NCBI GenBank assembly: GCA_031385005.1
Contig: JANNBB010000026.1
Location: 35,669 to 99,668, forward strand
Direction of reading: 5' to 3'
DNA from: Bacteroidota bacterium
GTDB taxonomy: Bacteria > Bacteroidota > Bacteroidia > AKYH767-A > 2013-40CM-41-45
DNA length: 64,000 nt
Below, in pieces: positions 37,506 through 46,391 of the stretch; positions within the stretch are counted from its first letter, which is position 1, and each line of letters opens with the position of its first letter. A model generated the notes under the pieces. That model was given only the letters and a program-made list of their open reading frames with translations. It made no database searches and had not been told where the DNA came from. Both the position numbers and the translations under genes were made by a program.

Positions 37506-38951
37506 ATGAAAGCAAATATTAAAAAAACCTTCGCTATTTTTTCGATTGCTGCCATGGGTGGCATAGCCGGTGCTTTTCTTTTCAAGAATTTGAACCCGGA
37601 AATGGTTACCCAAACCGGTAATGTTTCCGATAGGCAAAAAGCACAATTCGTAAACCTCCCTTCAAATACTGTTTCAGGGCTTACAGACTTTACCAAATCT
37701 GCCGAGATGACAATACATGCAGTTGTTCATGTTAAAACAACATCTACAGCTCAGGTTAATTATAACCCATTCGGTTTTTCGCCATTTGATTTCGGACTAC
37801 GTCAACCTCAAGCCAGGGAACAACAATCCAGCGGCTCAGGAGTAATTATTACAGATGACGGTTATATTGTTACCAATAACCACGTTGTAGAAAATGCAGA
37901 TAAAATAGATATAACATTGAACGATAACCGGACTTATGCGGCAAAAGTAATAGGTACAGATCCATCCACAGATCTTGCTTTATTGAAAATAAATGAAAAG
38001 AATTTACCCTTTATTGTATATGGGAACTCCGACAATACAAAAGTTGGTGAATGGGTGCTTGCCGTTGGAAATCCATTTAATCTGACTTCAACAGTTACAG
38101 CAGGTATTATCAGTGCGAAAGCCAGAAACATTGGAATATTGCCTGATCAATATAAAATTGAGTCATTTTTACAAACCGATGCGGCCGTCAATCCGGGCAA
38201 CAGTGGCGGGGCGCTGGTAAATTTAAACGGCGAACTTGTAGGAATAAATTCAGCCATTGCCTCAGCTACCGGATCTTATACCGGATATTCATTTGCCATT
38301 CCCGCTAATCTAGTTCGTAAAGTGGTAGATGATCTGGTAGAATTCGGAAATGTCCAGAGAGGATTTATTGGAATCAGCATCAGGGATATCGATAATCGAT
38401 TAAAAGATGAAAAAGGAATAAAGGAAACTCAGGGTGTTTATGTAGAAGCTTTAACAGAAGGCGGTGCAGCAGCAAGTGCAGGAATTAAAGAAGGAGATAT
38501 AATAATAAAAGTGGGTAGTGCCGAGGTCAACTCAACTCCTCAATTACAAGAACAAATTGGAAGGTTCCGTCCGGGAGACAAGATAAATGTCACTTTGATT
38601 AGAGAAAATGAAGAAAAAGTTGTTCCTGTTATTTTAAGAAATAAGGACGGTGATACTCAGCTTGTTAAAACAGAACCATCACTTAATATATTAGGAGCAA
38701 ACTTTGAAAATGCCTCAAAAGAAGAAAAAAACAAATTAGGTCTTACCGGAGGAGTCAAAATTTCAAAGCTCATGGCAGGAAAACTACGATCAGCAGGAAT
38801 AAAGGAAGGGTTTATTATTACTTCCATCGATAAAAAGCCAATACGCACGACAAACGACCTTGAAACAGCTATCAAAGCCAAGCAAGGAGGAATACTAATA
38901 GAGGGAGTATATCCCAATGGTGCAAAGGCTTATTACGGGTTTGGAGTTTAG
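37506..38951 (+). CDS. htrA: Do/HtrA family periplasmic serine endopeptidase with two PDZ domains
   Basis: Catalytic triad context TNNHVV, DLALLKI and GNSGGALVN. Two PDZ-like segments. Confidence 0.9.
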   Translation: MKANIKKTFAIFSIAAMGGIAGAFLFKNLNPEMVTQTGNVSDRQKAQFVNLPSNTVSGLTDFTKSAEMTIHAVVHVKTTSTAQVNYNPFGFSPFDFGLRQPQAREQQSSGSGVIITDDGYIVTNNHVVENADKIDITLNDNRTYAAKVIGTDPSTDLALLKINEKNLPFIVYGNSDNTKVGEWVLAVGNPFNLTSTVTAGIISAKARNIGILPDQYKIESFLQTDAAVNPGNSGGALVNLNGELVGINSAIASATGSYTGYSFAIPANLVRKVVDDLVEFGNVQRGFIGISIRDIDNRLKDEKGIKETQGVYVEALTEGGAAASAGIKEGDIIIKVGSAEVNSTPQLQEQIGRFRPGDKINVTLIRENEEKVVPVILRNKDGDTQLVKTEPSLNILGANFENASKEEKNKLGLTGGVKISKLMAGKLRSAGIKEGFIITSIDKKPIRTTNDLETAIKAKQGGILIEGVYPNGAKAYYGFGV

Positions 38952-38981
38952 TTTTAATTAATTTCAGGTTGAATAATTGGT

Positions 38982-39012
38982 AAAAAAGAGCCAAATTTTT
39001 GGCTCTTTTTTA
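38982..39012 (+). terminator. Rho-independent terminator after htrA
   Basis: Stem GAGCC / GGCTC with an A/T-rich loop, followed by T6. Confidence 0.55.
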
Positions 39013-39077
39013 TTAACAATAATCATATTTTATCAACTCGGGTTAGCAGAAAACTTGCTTCGCTTTTACTGAAAACG

Positions 39078-39085
39078 TATCTTTG
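39078..39085 (+). promoter_or_regulatory. Bacteroidota -7 promoter element (TAnnTTTG) upstream of rpoD
   Basis: TATCTTTG lies 72 nt upstream of the rpoD ATG. Confidence 0.4.
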
Positions 39086-39156
39086 CAATTGAAGAAAATA
39101 ATTTTATTTCTACTTAATTTTTATTTTTTTCAATAATATTTCTCCAATCTACTCCT

Positions 39157-40020
39157 ATGCGTCAGCTAAAAATAACCAAATCGATCACCAACCGCGAGAG
39201 TCAGTCACTTGAAAAATACCTTCAGGAAATTGGCCGCGAAGAACTTATTACGGCAGAAGAAGAAGTTCGTTTGGCCCGACGAATAAAGGAAGGCGATCAG
39301 GTTGCATTAGACCGTTTAACTAAAGCTAATTTGCGTTTTGTTGTATCTGTTGCCAAACAATATCAAAACCAAGGATTAAGTCTGCCTGATTTGATTAATG
39401 AAGGAAACCTTGGTTTGATTAAAGCAGCAAAACGCTTTGATGAAACACGTGGATTTAAATTCATTTCTTATGCTGTGTGGTGGATTCGTCAAAGTATCCT
39501 TCAGGCATTGGCAGAACAATCGCGAATAGTTCGTCTTCCTTTAAATCAGGTTGGCTCTCTAAATAAAATTTCAAAAGCATATTCTAAACTGGAACAGGAA
39601 TTTGAGCGGGAACCATCTCCGGAAGAACTTGCTAAAATTCTTGACATACCTACTGAAAAAATTGCAGACACCATGCGGGTAAGTGGTAAACACGTATCCA
39701 TGGATGCTCCTTTTGTTCAGGGAGAAGATAATAGTCTGATCGATGTGCTTGAAAACGCAGACTCCCCGCGTGCGGATGGAATGTTAATGAATGAATCACT
39801 TCAAAAAGAAATTGATCGTTCTCTCAGCACACTTACTGAACGCGAGCGTGAAGTAATCAAATTATTTTTCGGTATCGGCATGCAACACGGACTTACACTC
39901 GAAGAGATCGGTGCTAAATTTGATCTTACCCGTGAGCGCGTTCGCCAGATAAAAGAAAAAGCAATTCGCCGACTTCGTCATAAATCCAGAAGCCGCTTAC
40001 TTAAAGCCTATCTTGGATAA
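39157..40020 (+). CDS. rpoD: RNA polymerase primary sigma factor, Bacteroidota-type short RpoD/SigA
   Basis: 287 aa. Regions 2.4, 3 and 4.2 are recognisable ([43 protein letters not shown]). Confidence 0.9.
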   Translation: MRQLKITKSITNRESQSLEKYLQEIGREELITAEEEVRLARRIKEGDQVALDRLTKANLRFVVSVAKQYQNQGLSLPDLINEGNLGLIKAAKRFDETRGFKFISYAVWWIRQSILQALAEQSRIVRLPLNQVGSLNKISKAYSKLEQEFEREPSPEELAKILDIPTEKIADTMRVSGKHVSMDAPFVQGEDNSLIDVLENADSPRADGMLMNESLQKEIDRSLSTLTEREREVIKLFFGIGMQHGLTLEEIGAKFDLTRERVRQIKEKAIRRLRHKSRSRLLKAYLG

Positions 40021-40043
40021 TCTTATAATGAACTTCTAACAGT

Positions 40044-40076
40044 ATCAGCTTTCCATTCGAAAGCTGATCTTGTTTT
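40044..40076 (+). terminator. Rho-independent terminator after rpoD
   Basis: Perfect 10-bp stem ATCAGCTTTC / GAAAGCTGAT with a 5-nt loop, followed by CTTGTTTT. Confidence 0.6.
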
Positions 40077-40109
40077 AAATAGATTACAAACTTTATAAAA
40101 AACAACTTA

Positions 40110-41597
40110 ATGGCCTTTGATGCACTCAAACAAAATGATCAGGTAGATTTTAAAGATAAATACGAGAGTGAACTCGCTGAATGGATTGAACAGGAAAAAG
40201 CTGCGATAGCACTCATTCATACAACCGGCTCTCTGTGGTTTGATAAATCAGTTGAATTGGTATTGTTCAGAAATCAGCTTGTAGATAGAAGCGCTAGTGA
40301 AATTCTCAATTTGCACCAGTATGCAAAGCAATTCGTAAAAAAGCCAATCAATGTAATCGATACATTAATGCTGGCAAAGGAACTAAGCAAACTTGACCTT
40401 GCTCCTTCCCGCATTGACATCGGTCGGTTAGGCTCGGAGTGGATACTTGAAAGAAGTAATTACAAAAATGTATTGGAATTTCTTTCCGGCAAACTCAATA
40501 ATTTTATTGGAAAAGAAAAACGAGTAATCGTTCCTAAGGACGTTGTACTTTATGGTTTTGGAAGAATTGGTCGTTTAGTCATGCGCGAACTGATAGCGCA
40601 AGCAGGAAAAGGCGAGCAATTGCGTTTACGTGCAATCGTAACCCGTAGCGACAGCGATGAGGATATTATTAAAAGAGCCGATTTATTACGTAACGACTCC
40701 GTTCATGGAGCATTTCCCGGAACTGTCATCGAAGATTTTAAAAACAAAGCATTGGTAGTGAACGGTCACTCTGTGCACATGATTGCCGCAAATGACCCTG
40801 CAACTATCGATTATACAAAATACGGTATTAACAATGCACTTATCATCGACAATACCGGAATCGTCAGGGATCGCGAAGGGTTAAGCAAACACCTTCAGTC
40901 AAAAGGAGTCAGTAAGGTATTACTTACCGCTCCCGGGAAAGGCGATGTTCCCAATGTTGTTTATGGTGTTAATGAGGAATCGTTCGACCAAACAAAAGAA
41001 CAAATATTTTCTGCCGCTTCATGCACGACCAATGCAATTGTTCCCGTGTTGGCTGTAATTGAAAAGGCTTTTAGCATTGAACGAGGTCATATTGAGACTA
41101 TACACTCCTATACAAACGATCAAAACCTGCTCGATAATTACCACAAAAAATACAGAAGAGGACGTTCTGCTCCTTTGAATATGGTGATCACAGAAACAGG
41201 AGCGGATAAAGCTGTAGCTAAAGTTTTACCACAATTAGCAGGTAAGTTAACAGGTAATGCCGTTCGAGTTCCAACGCCCGATGTTTCACTTGCAATCCTT
41301 AATCTGACTGTTAAAAAAGAAACCAGCAAAGAAGGAGTCAATGAGGTTTTACGGGAAGCTGCACTTCAAGGAGACCTGGTTGAACAAATCCAATATTCCG
41401 TATCGAATGAACTAGTCTCTTCAGATTTAGTAGGAAACTCCTGCGCTTCTATTGTGGATAGTCCGGCCACTATTGTCTCGAAAGATAATAAGAGCATGGT
41501 ACTCTATATTTGGTACGATAACGAATATGGTTACAGCCGACAAGTAATTCGCTATGCGAAATTTCTTGCTGAAGTAATCAGACTCAGATACTACTAA
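40110..41597 (+). CDS. Glyceraldehyde-3-phosphate dehydrogenase family protein with an ~140-aa N-terminal extension
   Basis: NAD-binding motif LYGFGRIGR, catalytic SCTTN, and the GAPDH C-terminal domain (SAPLNMVITETGADKAV). The preceding ~140 aa have no counterpart in canonical ~335-aa GapA. Confidence 0.75.
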   Translation: MAFDALKQNDQVDFKDKYESELAEWIEQEKAAIALIHTTGSLWFDKSVELVLFRNQLVDRSASEILNLHQYAKQFVKKPINVIDTLMLAKELSKLDLAPSRIDIGRLGSEWILERSNYKNVLEFLSGKLNNFIGKEKRVIVPKDVVLYGFGRIGRLVMRELIAQAGKGEQLRLRAIVTRSDSDEDIIKRADLLRNDSVHGAFPGTVIEDFKNKALVVNGHSVHMIAANDPATIDYTKYGINNALIIDNTGIVRDREGLSKHLQSKGVSKVLLTAPGKGDVPNVVYGVNEESFDQTKEQIFSAASCTTNAIVPVLAVIEKAFSIERGHIETIHSYTNDQNLLDNYHKKYRRGRSAPLNMVITETGADKAVAKVLPQLAGKLTGNAVRVPTPDVSLAILNLTVKKETSKEGVNEVLREAALQGDLVEQIQYSVSNELVSSDLVGNSCASIVDSPATIVSKDNKSMVLYIWYDNEYGYSRQVIRYAKFLAEVIRLRYY

Positions 41598-41599
41598 TA

Positions 41600-41628
41600 A
41601 AAAAAGGAAGCAAAGCTTCCCTTTTTTA
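41600..41628. terminator. Bidirectional rho-independent terminator between convergent genes
   Basis: Stem GGAAGC / GCTTCC with an A-run on one side and a T-run on the other. Confidence 0.6.
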
Positions 41629-41648
41629 TAATACTTTTATTTAGCTTT

Positions 41649-42347
41649 TTAATAATCACGACCGAAATCAATAACCGTTGTTCGGATTTCAAAACCGTTT
41701 ACGATAATTCCGTTTATCTTACCTAGCACATCTTGTTGCTTATATACCAGACCAACACCGGTGGCATAAATTTCGTTTTTGTAAATTCGTTCAATGTAAT
41801 TGTCTTCATCCATCTGTATTACAGAAAGTGTAGAGTCAAAGGACATACCACCATATGAACCTTGCTCATGAAAGTATTCATAGCTGTAAATTTCTTCGTC
41901 CTCTGAATTTGCATCGTTTCCATTCCACGAGATATCTTCATTAATAGGAAAAGCCAGTTTATGAAGAGGAATATTATTTTCAATCCTGTAAGCCGCATAT
42001 GGAGTCAGGTATTGAGTCCAAACGTTTATGATACTCCAATCGTTTGATGAATCTTTTCTGTAATAGCGGTTCACCACCTGAACAGTTTTTCCGGAACCAT
42101 CAACAAATGACGAATCGATTTCTTCTTTGATTTCGCAATGGAAATAATAGACTGAGTCGTCGTTCAGGTTATCGTTTTCGGCGTGAAAAATTGAATCTAC
42201 ACTGTAAGAAACCCATGTTCCGGGTTCAGTCGGAAAATAATTTAACGAAACAGGAGGTACAATCAAAGTCTCTTTCTTGCAGCTTTGAAAAACAACAAGC
42301 AGCAAAAAGATAAATAAAAAAGAAACTGGTTTTTTAAACTTTTGCAT
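41649..42347 (-). CDS. Hypothetical lipoprotein
   Basis: Signal peptide with lipobox FQSC. No other recognisable motifs. The 5' end overlaps the mnmA stop by 14 bp. Confidence 0.5.
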   Translation of the reverse strand: MQKFKKPVSFLFIFLLLVVFQSCKKETLIVPPVSLNYFPTEPGTWVSYSVDSIFHAENDNLNDDSVYYFHCEIKEEIDSSFVDGSGKTVQVVNRYYRKDSSNDWSIINVWTQYLTPYAAYRIENNIPLHKLAFPINEDISWNGNDANSEDEEIYSYEYFHEQGSYGGMSFDSTLSVIQMDEDNYIERIYKNEIYATGVGLVYKQQDVLGKINGIIVNGFEIRTTVIDFGRDY

Positions 42348-43443
42348 AATCAGGTGAACGCTCTATGAAGCCACCTCCGATTACGTCTTTATCATCATAA
42401 AAAACCGCACTTTGTCCGGGTGCTACTCCATTTACAGGTCTGTGAAAAATCACATGTATTTTTCCATCAACCATTTGAAGAGTAGATTCCGTTCCCTTGT
42501 CCTTATAACGTATTCGTGTTGTTGCTTCTATAGATTCATCTAACGTAGCATATTTAATAAGGTTTATGTCTTTTACCCATAAGTCTTGCTTCGAAAGCTC
42601 ATCGAAACTTCCCAATACGACAATGTTTTTATCCGGCTTAATATCAATAACATATGCTGGTTCACCGAGAGCAATTTCCAGCCCTTTTCTTTGACCGATA
42701 GTATAAAAAGGATAACCCCTGTGATTACCTAGAATCTTACCATCGGCATTTACAAAAAGTCCGTTATCGAGCTTTTCTTCAATTCCCTCTACCCTTTTCT
42801 TTAAAAAAGAGCGATAATCGTTATCAGGAATAAAGCAAATTTCATAGGATTCGGGTTTTAGAGCGAGCTCATGAAAACCCATATCTTCTGCCATTTGACG
42901 AATTTCAGATTTTTGAAAATTTCCAACAGGAAATAATGTTCGAGAAAGGCATGCCTGAGAAACGCCCCATAAAACATAACTCTGGTCCTTCCACTCGTCT
43001 TTTCCTTTACTTACCACATAACGTCCGTTTTCTTCTCTGACGTTTGCATAATGACCGGTAGCGATAAATTCGCAGTCGAGCATATCGGCCCGCTTTAAAA
43101 GAGCCTCCCACTTGATATGTGTATTGCATTTTACGCAAGGATTGGGAGTGCGACCGGCCAGGTATTCATCGACGAAATCGTTGATAACATGATTGCCAAA
43201 TTCTTCACGTATATCGATTATATAATGAGGAAAACCTTTGTCGACTGCAATGGCACGAGCGTCATTTATTGAATCAAGCGAACAGCAACCCGTTTCTTTT
43301 TTGGAAGATCCGGAAGAAGCATAGTCCCACGTTTTCATGGTCATTCCAACCACTTCATAACCTTGCTCATGCAAAATCATAGCGGAAACGGAACTATCGA
43401 TTCCACCACTCATTGCCATTAATACACGTCCTTTTTTACTCAT
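42334..43443 (-). CDS. mnmA: tRNA 2-thiouridine(34) synthase MnmA
   Basis: PP-loop MAMSGGIDSSV, plus catalytic cysteines in conserved contexts. Confidence 0.9.
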   Translation of the reverse strand: MSKKGRVLMAMSGGIDSSVSAMILHEQGYEVVGMTMKTWDYASSGSSKKETGCCSLDSINDARAIAVDKGFPHYIIDIREEFGNHVINDFVDEYLAGRTPNPCVKCNTHIKWEALLKRADMLDCEFIATGHYANVREENGRYVVSKGKDEWKDQSYVLWGVSQACLSRTLFPVGNFQKSEIRQMAEDMGFHELALKPESYEICFIPDNDYRSFLKKRVEGIEEKLDNGLFVNADGKILGNHRGYPFYTIGQRKGLEIALGEPAYVIDIKPDKNIVVLGSFDELSKQDLWVKDINLIKYATLDESIEATTRIRYKDKGTESTLQMVDGKIHVIFHRPVNGVAPGQSAVFYDDKDVIGGGFIERSPDYAKV

Positions 43444-43510
43444 TTTCAGAAAAAATGCAAAAAAATTGCATTTGCGGGCAAAGGTACGATTTCAGAGTGA
43501 ATTTCTTTTC

Positions 43511-44224
43511 TTATTCCTCTTCCGGAGTCGTTAATACTCCGTTTTTAAACTCCTTTTCCTTTTCGAGCGTACCATCTTCTTTGTTAAAAATCCATTTACC
43601 ATCTTTTAGCCCCTTTGAATAATTACCGGTTTGCCAGATTTTCCCATTCGGGTGATAAATTGTGAGTTTGCCCACAAACTCATCGTTGCGCATTATGCCC
43701 TCCATTTTAATTTTACCCGAATCGAAAAACTCTTTATAGGCACCATTTTTCATTCCCGCTTTATATTGGATTAGCTGCGAAGCAACTCCGTTTTTATGAA
43801 AAATTTTCCAGCTGCCTTCTTTTAATCCTTTCAGGTAAAATTCTTCTGCACTTTTCTTTCCTTCTTCATCGAAGAAAACCCATAAACTATCTTTTGTCTT
43901 ATCGATGTATTTTCCTTTCGCCATAAGAATCCCGGTATCATACATTAATTCGGCATCGCTAATTACTGTATTGCCCCTGAATTTCAGGATTGATTGAAGT
44001 TGACCATTTTTATGAAAAGTCCGGAACGTACCTGTACGTTTTCCATTTTTGTAATACCCTTCAAAGTAAAGCGTATCGGTTTCATAATACTTTCTCCAGA
44101 GACCCTGCTTAAGGCCTTTGGAATCGATCCTGTTAATTGTATCCCCTTTAAAAACATTAAAGGTTTGAGCGAGTAATATCCGGTGGGAAACAACCAAAAC
44201 CAGAAATAGAAAGATTCTTTTCAT
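43511..44224 (-). CDS. MORN-repeat / YwqK family protein with a signal peptide
   Basis: Repeated motifs of the form YKNGKRTGTFRTFHKNGQL, LKEGSWKIFHKNG, MKNGAYKEFFDSG and LKDGKWIFNKEDG. Confidence 0.65.
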   Translation of the reverse strand: MKRIFLFLVLVVSHRILLAQTFNVFKGDTINRIDSKGLKQGLWRKYYETDTLYFEGYYKNGKRTGTFRTFHKNGQLQSILKFRGNTVISDAELMYDTGILMAKGKYIDKTKDSLWVFFDEEGKKSAEEFYLKGLKEGSWKIFHKNGVASQLIQYKAGMKNGAYKEFFDSGKIKMEGIMRNDEFVGKLTIYHPNGKIWQTGNYSKGLKDGKWIFNKEDGTLEKEKEFKNGVLTTPEEE

Positions 44225-44326
44225 AAGTACAAATATAGCAACCCTTTTATAAACGATTAACATATGAAAATGAAATGAAGGAGGTTTAAAAATTTAATTA
44301 TATTGCGACCTGCAAAAAAAAGAACT

Positions 44327-46096
44327 ATGAATAAACCTACTACGAATACCGGTCATCCGCGCGGCCTATACCTCCTCTTTTTCACAGAGATGTGGGAGAG
44401 ATTTAGCTACTATGGTATGCGAGCCATTTTTATATTGTATATAACCAAGGCATTGTTTTTCGACAAGGCATTGGCATCAAACGTATACGGAAGTTTTACA
44501 GGACTCGTTTACCTGACGCCGCTTTTAGGAGGTTATCTGTGTGATAAATTCTGGGGAAATAGAAAAAGTATTTTTATAGGTGGAATCATGATGGCTATGG
44601 GACAATTTTTATTGTTTCTTAGCGGCAGTGCGGTAACAGAAGGAGTGCAAAGCGCCACTGCAGTCACATATATGTGGATGGGACTTACATTACTAATTAT
44701 TGGAAACGGTTTTTTCAAACCCAATATTTCAACGATGGTTGGTCAGTTGTACCCTAAAAATGATTCTCGAATAGATGGTGCATTTACTATCTTTTATATG
44801 GGAATCAACATGGGTGCATTCTTTTCACCTTTGGTATGTGGTAGTTTGGGCGACACAGGAAATATAGCAGATTTTAAATATGGATTTTTAGCTGCAGCTA
44901 TTGGTATGGTGGTAAGTACAATTTCATTTGAGGTTTTAAAAAACAAGCACCTGAAAGGTCCTAATGGAGAAGCAATAGGGATGCCTGTAGCTAAAATGGG
45001 AGCTAGTACTTATGGAGTAATTTTAGGATCGATAGCATTGATTTTCGGTTTGTTGAACTTTCAATTGATTGTTAAAGGAATATTCGGAGCAGATGCCGTG
45101 AATACAGCCGGTACACTTGCAAATACGATAGCCGGTATTGATCTCGTTGCATATCTCATTTACGCATCCATTGTTTTGATGCCAATTATTATACTATCAG
45201 ACAAATCATTAACAAAAGACGAGAGAGAAAGAATTATAGTGATCTTTATTCTTGCCTTCTTTGTTATTTTCTTTTGGGCTTGTTTTGAACAAGCGGGTGC
45301 ATCCTTAACTCTTTTTGCAGATCAACAGGTAGATAGAGCGATTTCGTTACATGTAAATAAATATGTCATTTTAGTTGGCTTGATCGGTCTTTCCTACTTC
45401 CTGATAAAAGCACTCGGATGGTTTTTTGAATGGACGAAAAAAATTATTTTAGGAATACAATTATCCGCAGTGGTTGCATTTATACTTCTAACAGTTGGCG
45501 GATATATTGCAGACTATCAAAAAAATGAATTTCCGGCTTCCTGGTTTCAATCTATTAATCCTCTTGCCATTATTATCCTTGCACCCGTCTTTACGATGTT
45601 ATGGGGTAAATTGGCAAAAGTCAATATGGAACCATCATCTCCGTTGAAGATGTCGATGGGTTTGGGATTAGTTGCACTGGGCTACATCATCATTGCTTAT
45701 GCCGTTCATGGAATTGATCCTTCAACAAAGATTGCCATGTTCTGGCTATTTGCTTTGTATATTGTTCATACGATGGGTGAACTTTGTTTATCACCGATTG
45801 GATTGAGTATGGTAAGTAAGCTGGCACCGATTAGACTTTCATCGTTAATGATGGGAACATGGTTTTTAGCCAACGCTGTTGCCAATAAATTTGCAGGTAC
45901 ACTTAGCGCATTAATTCCTCCCGGAGCAGGTGAAGCACCGGCAGAAGCAGGAGCCAAAATACCCAGTTTCCTGGGCATAGAGATTAACAATCTCTTTATT
46001 TTCTTCTGTGTTTTTATCGTTTTAAGTGGAGCTGCATCTCTTATTCTCATTGGTCTTTATCGAAAACTAATTAAAATGATGCATGGCGTGCATTAA
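44327..46096 (+). CDS. POT/PTR2 family proton-dependent oligopeptide transporter (MFS)
   Basis: The N-terminal signature GHPRGLYLLFFTEMWERFSYYGMRAIFILY matches the ExxERFxYYG POT motif. About 14 TM helices. Confidence 0.85.
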   Translation: MNKPTTNTGHPRGLYLLFFTEMWERFSYYGMRAIFILYITKALFFDKALASNVYGSFTGLVYLTPLLGGYLCDKFWGNRKSIFIGGIMMAMGQFLLFLSGSAVTEGVQSATAVTYMWMGLTLLIIGNGFFKPNISTMVGQLYPKNDSRIDGAFTIFYMGINMGAFFSPLVCGSLGDTGNIADFKYGFLAAAIGMVVSTISFEVLKNKHLKGPNGEAIGMPVAKMGASTYGVILGSIALIFGLLNFQLIVKGIFGADAVNTAGTLANTIAGIDLVAYLIYASIVLMPIIILSDKSLTKDERERIIVIFILAFFVIFFWACFEQAGASLTLFADQQVDRAISLHVNKYVILVGLIGLSYFLIKALGWFFEWTKKIILGIQLSAVVAFILLTVGGYIADYQKNEFPASWFQSINPLAIIILAPVFTMLWGKLAKVNMEPSSPLKMSMGLGLVALGYIIIAYAVHGIDPSTKIAMFWLFALYIVHTMGELCLSPIGLSMVSKLAPIRLSSLMMGTWFLANAVANKFAGTLSALIPPGAGEAPAEAGAKIPSFLGIEINNLFIFFCVFIVLSGAASLILIGLYRKLIKMMHGVH

Positions 46097-46103
46097 TATT
46101 CTT

Positions 46104-46136
46104 AAAAGCCGGAGAGTAAAATCTCCGGCTTTTTTA
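46104..46136 (+). terminator. Rho-independent terminator after the POT transporter gene
   Basis: Stem GCCGGAGA / TCTCCGGC followed by T5. Confidence 0.7.
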
Positions 46137-46230
46137 TGGAATAACTATAATTATCAGCAACTTGACTTCTTAGAGTATTTCTTTTTTTAAGAAATATTCA
46201 ATTAAAATTTCTTTTTGACCTAAAACTGGG

Positions 46231-46238
46231 TATTTTTG
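46231..46238 (+). promoter_or_regulatory. Bacteroidota -7 promoter element upstream of tRNA-His
   Basis: TATTTTTG lies 28 nt upstream of the tRNA 5' end. Confidence 0.35.
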
Positions 46239-46265
46239 CGCCCCTGTTCCTACAAGGAATTATAT

Positions 46266-46340
46266 GGTGATTGTAGCTCAGTCGGTTAGAGCGCTAGATT
46301 GTGGATCTAGAGGTCGCGGGTTCGAGCCCCGTCTTTCACC
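46266..46340 (+). tRNA. tRNA-His (anticodon GTG), with G-1 and C73
   Basis: Cloverleaf read by hand. D-arm GCTC/AGTCGGTTA/GAGC. Anticodon arm CTAGA/TTGTGGA/TCTAG gives anticodon GTG. T-arm GCGGG/TTCGAGC/CCCGT. An extra 5' G (G-1) pairs with discriminator C73, the tRNA-His hallmark. The acceptor stem has two U.U mismatches (5-68 and 6-67). CCA is not encoded. Confidence 0.8.
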
Positions 46341-46366
46341 CTTTATTTGTTTCGGACTTCCTACCT

Positions 46367-46374
46367 TTTTTTAA
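46367..46374 (+). promoter_or_regulatory. Bacteroidota -7 promoter element upstream of the P-type ATPase gene
   Basis: TACCTTTG lies 18 nt upstream of the MDEK start at 46392, which supports that start codon. Confidence 0.4.
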
Positions 46375-46391
46375 AATACCTTTGCATTCAA

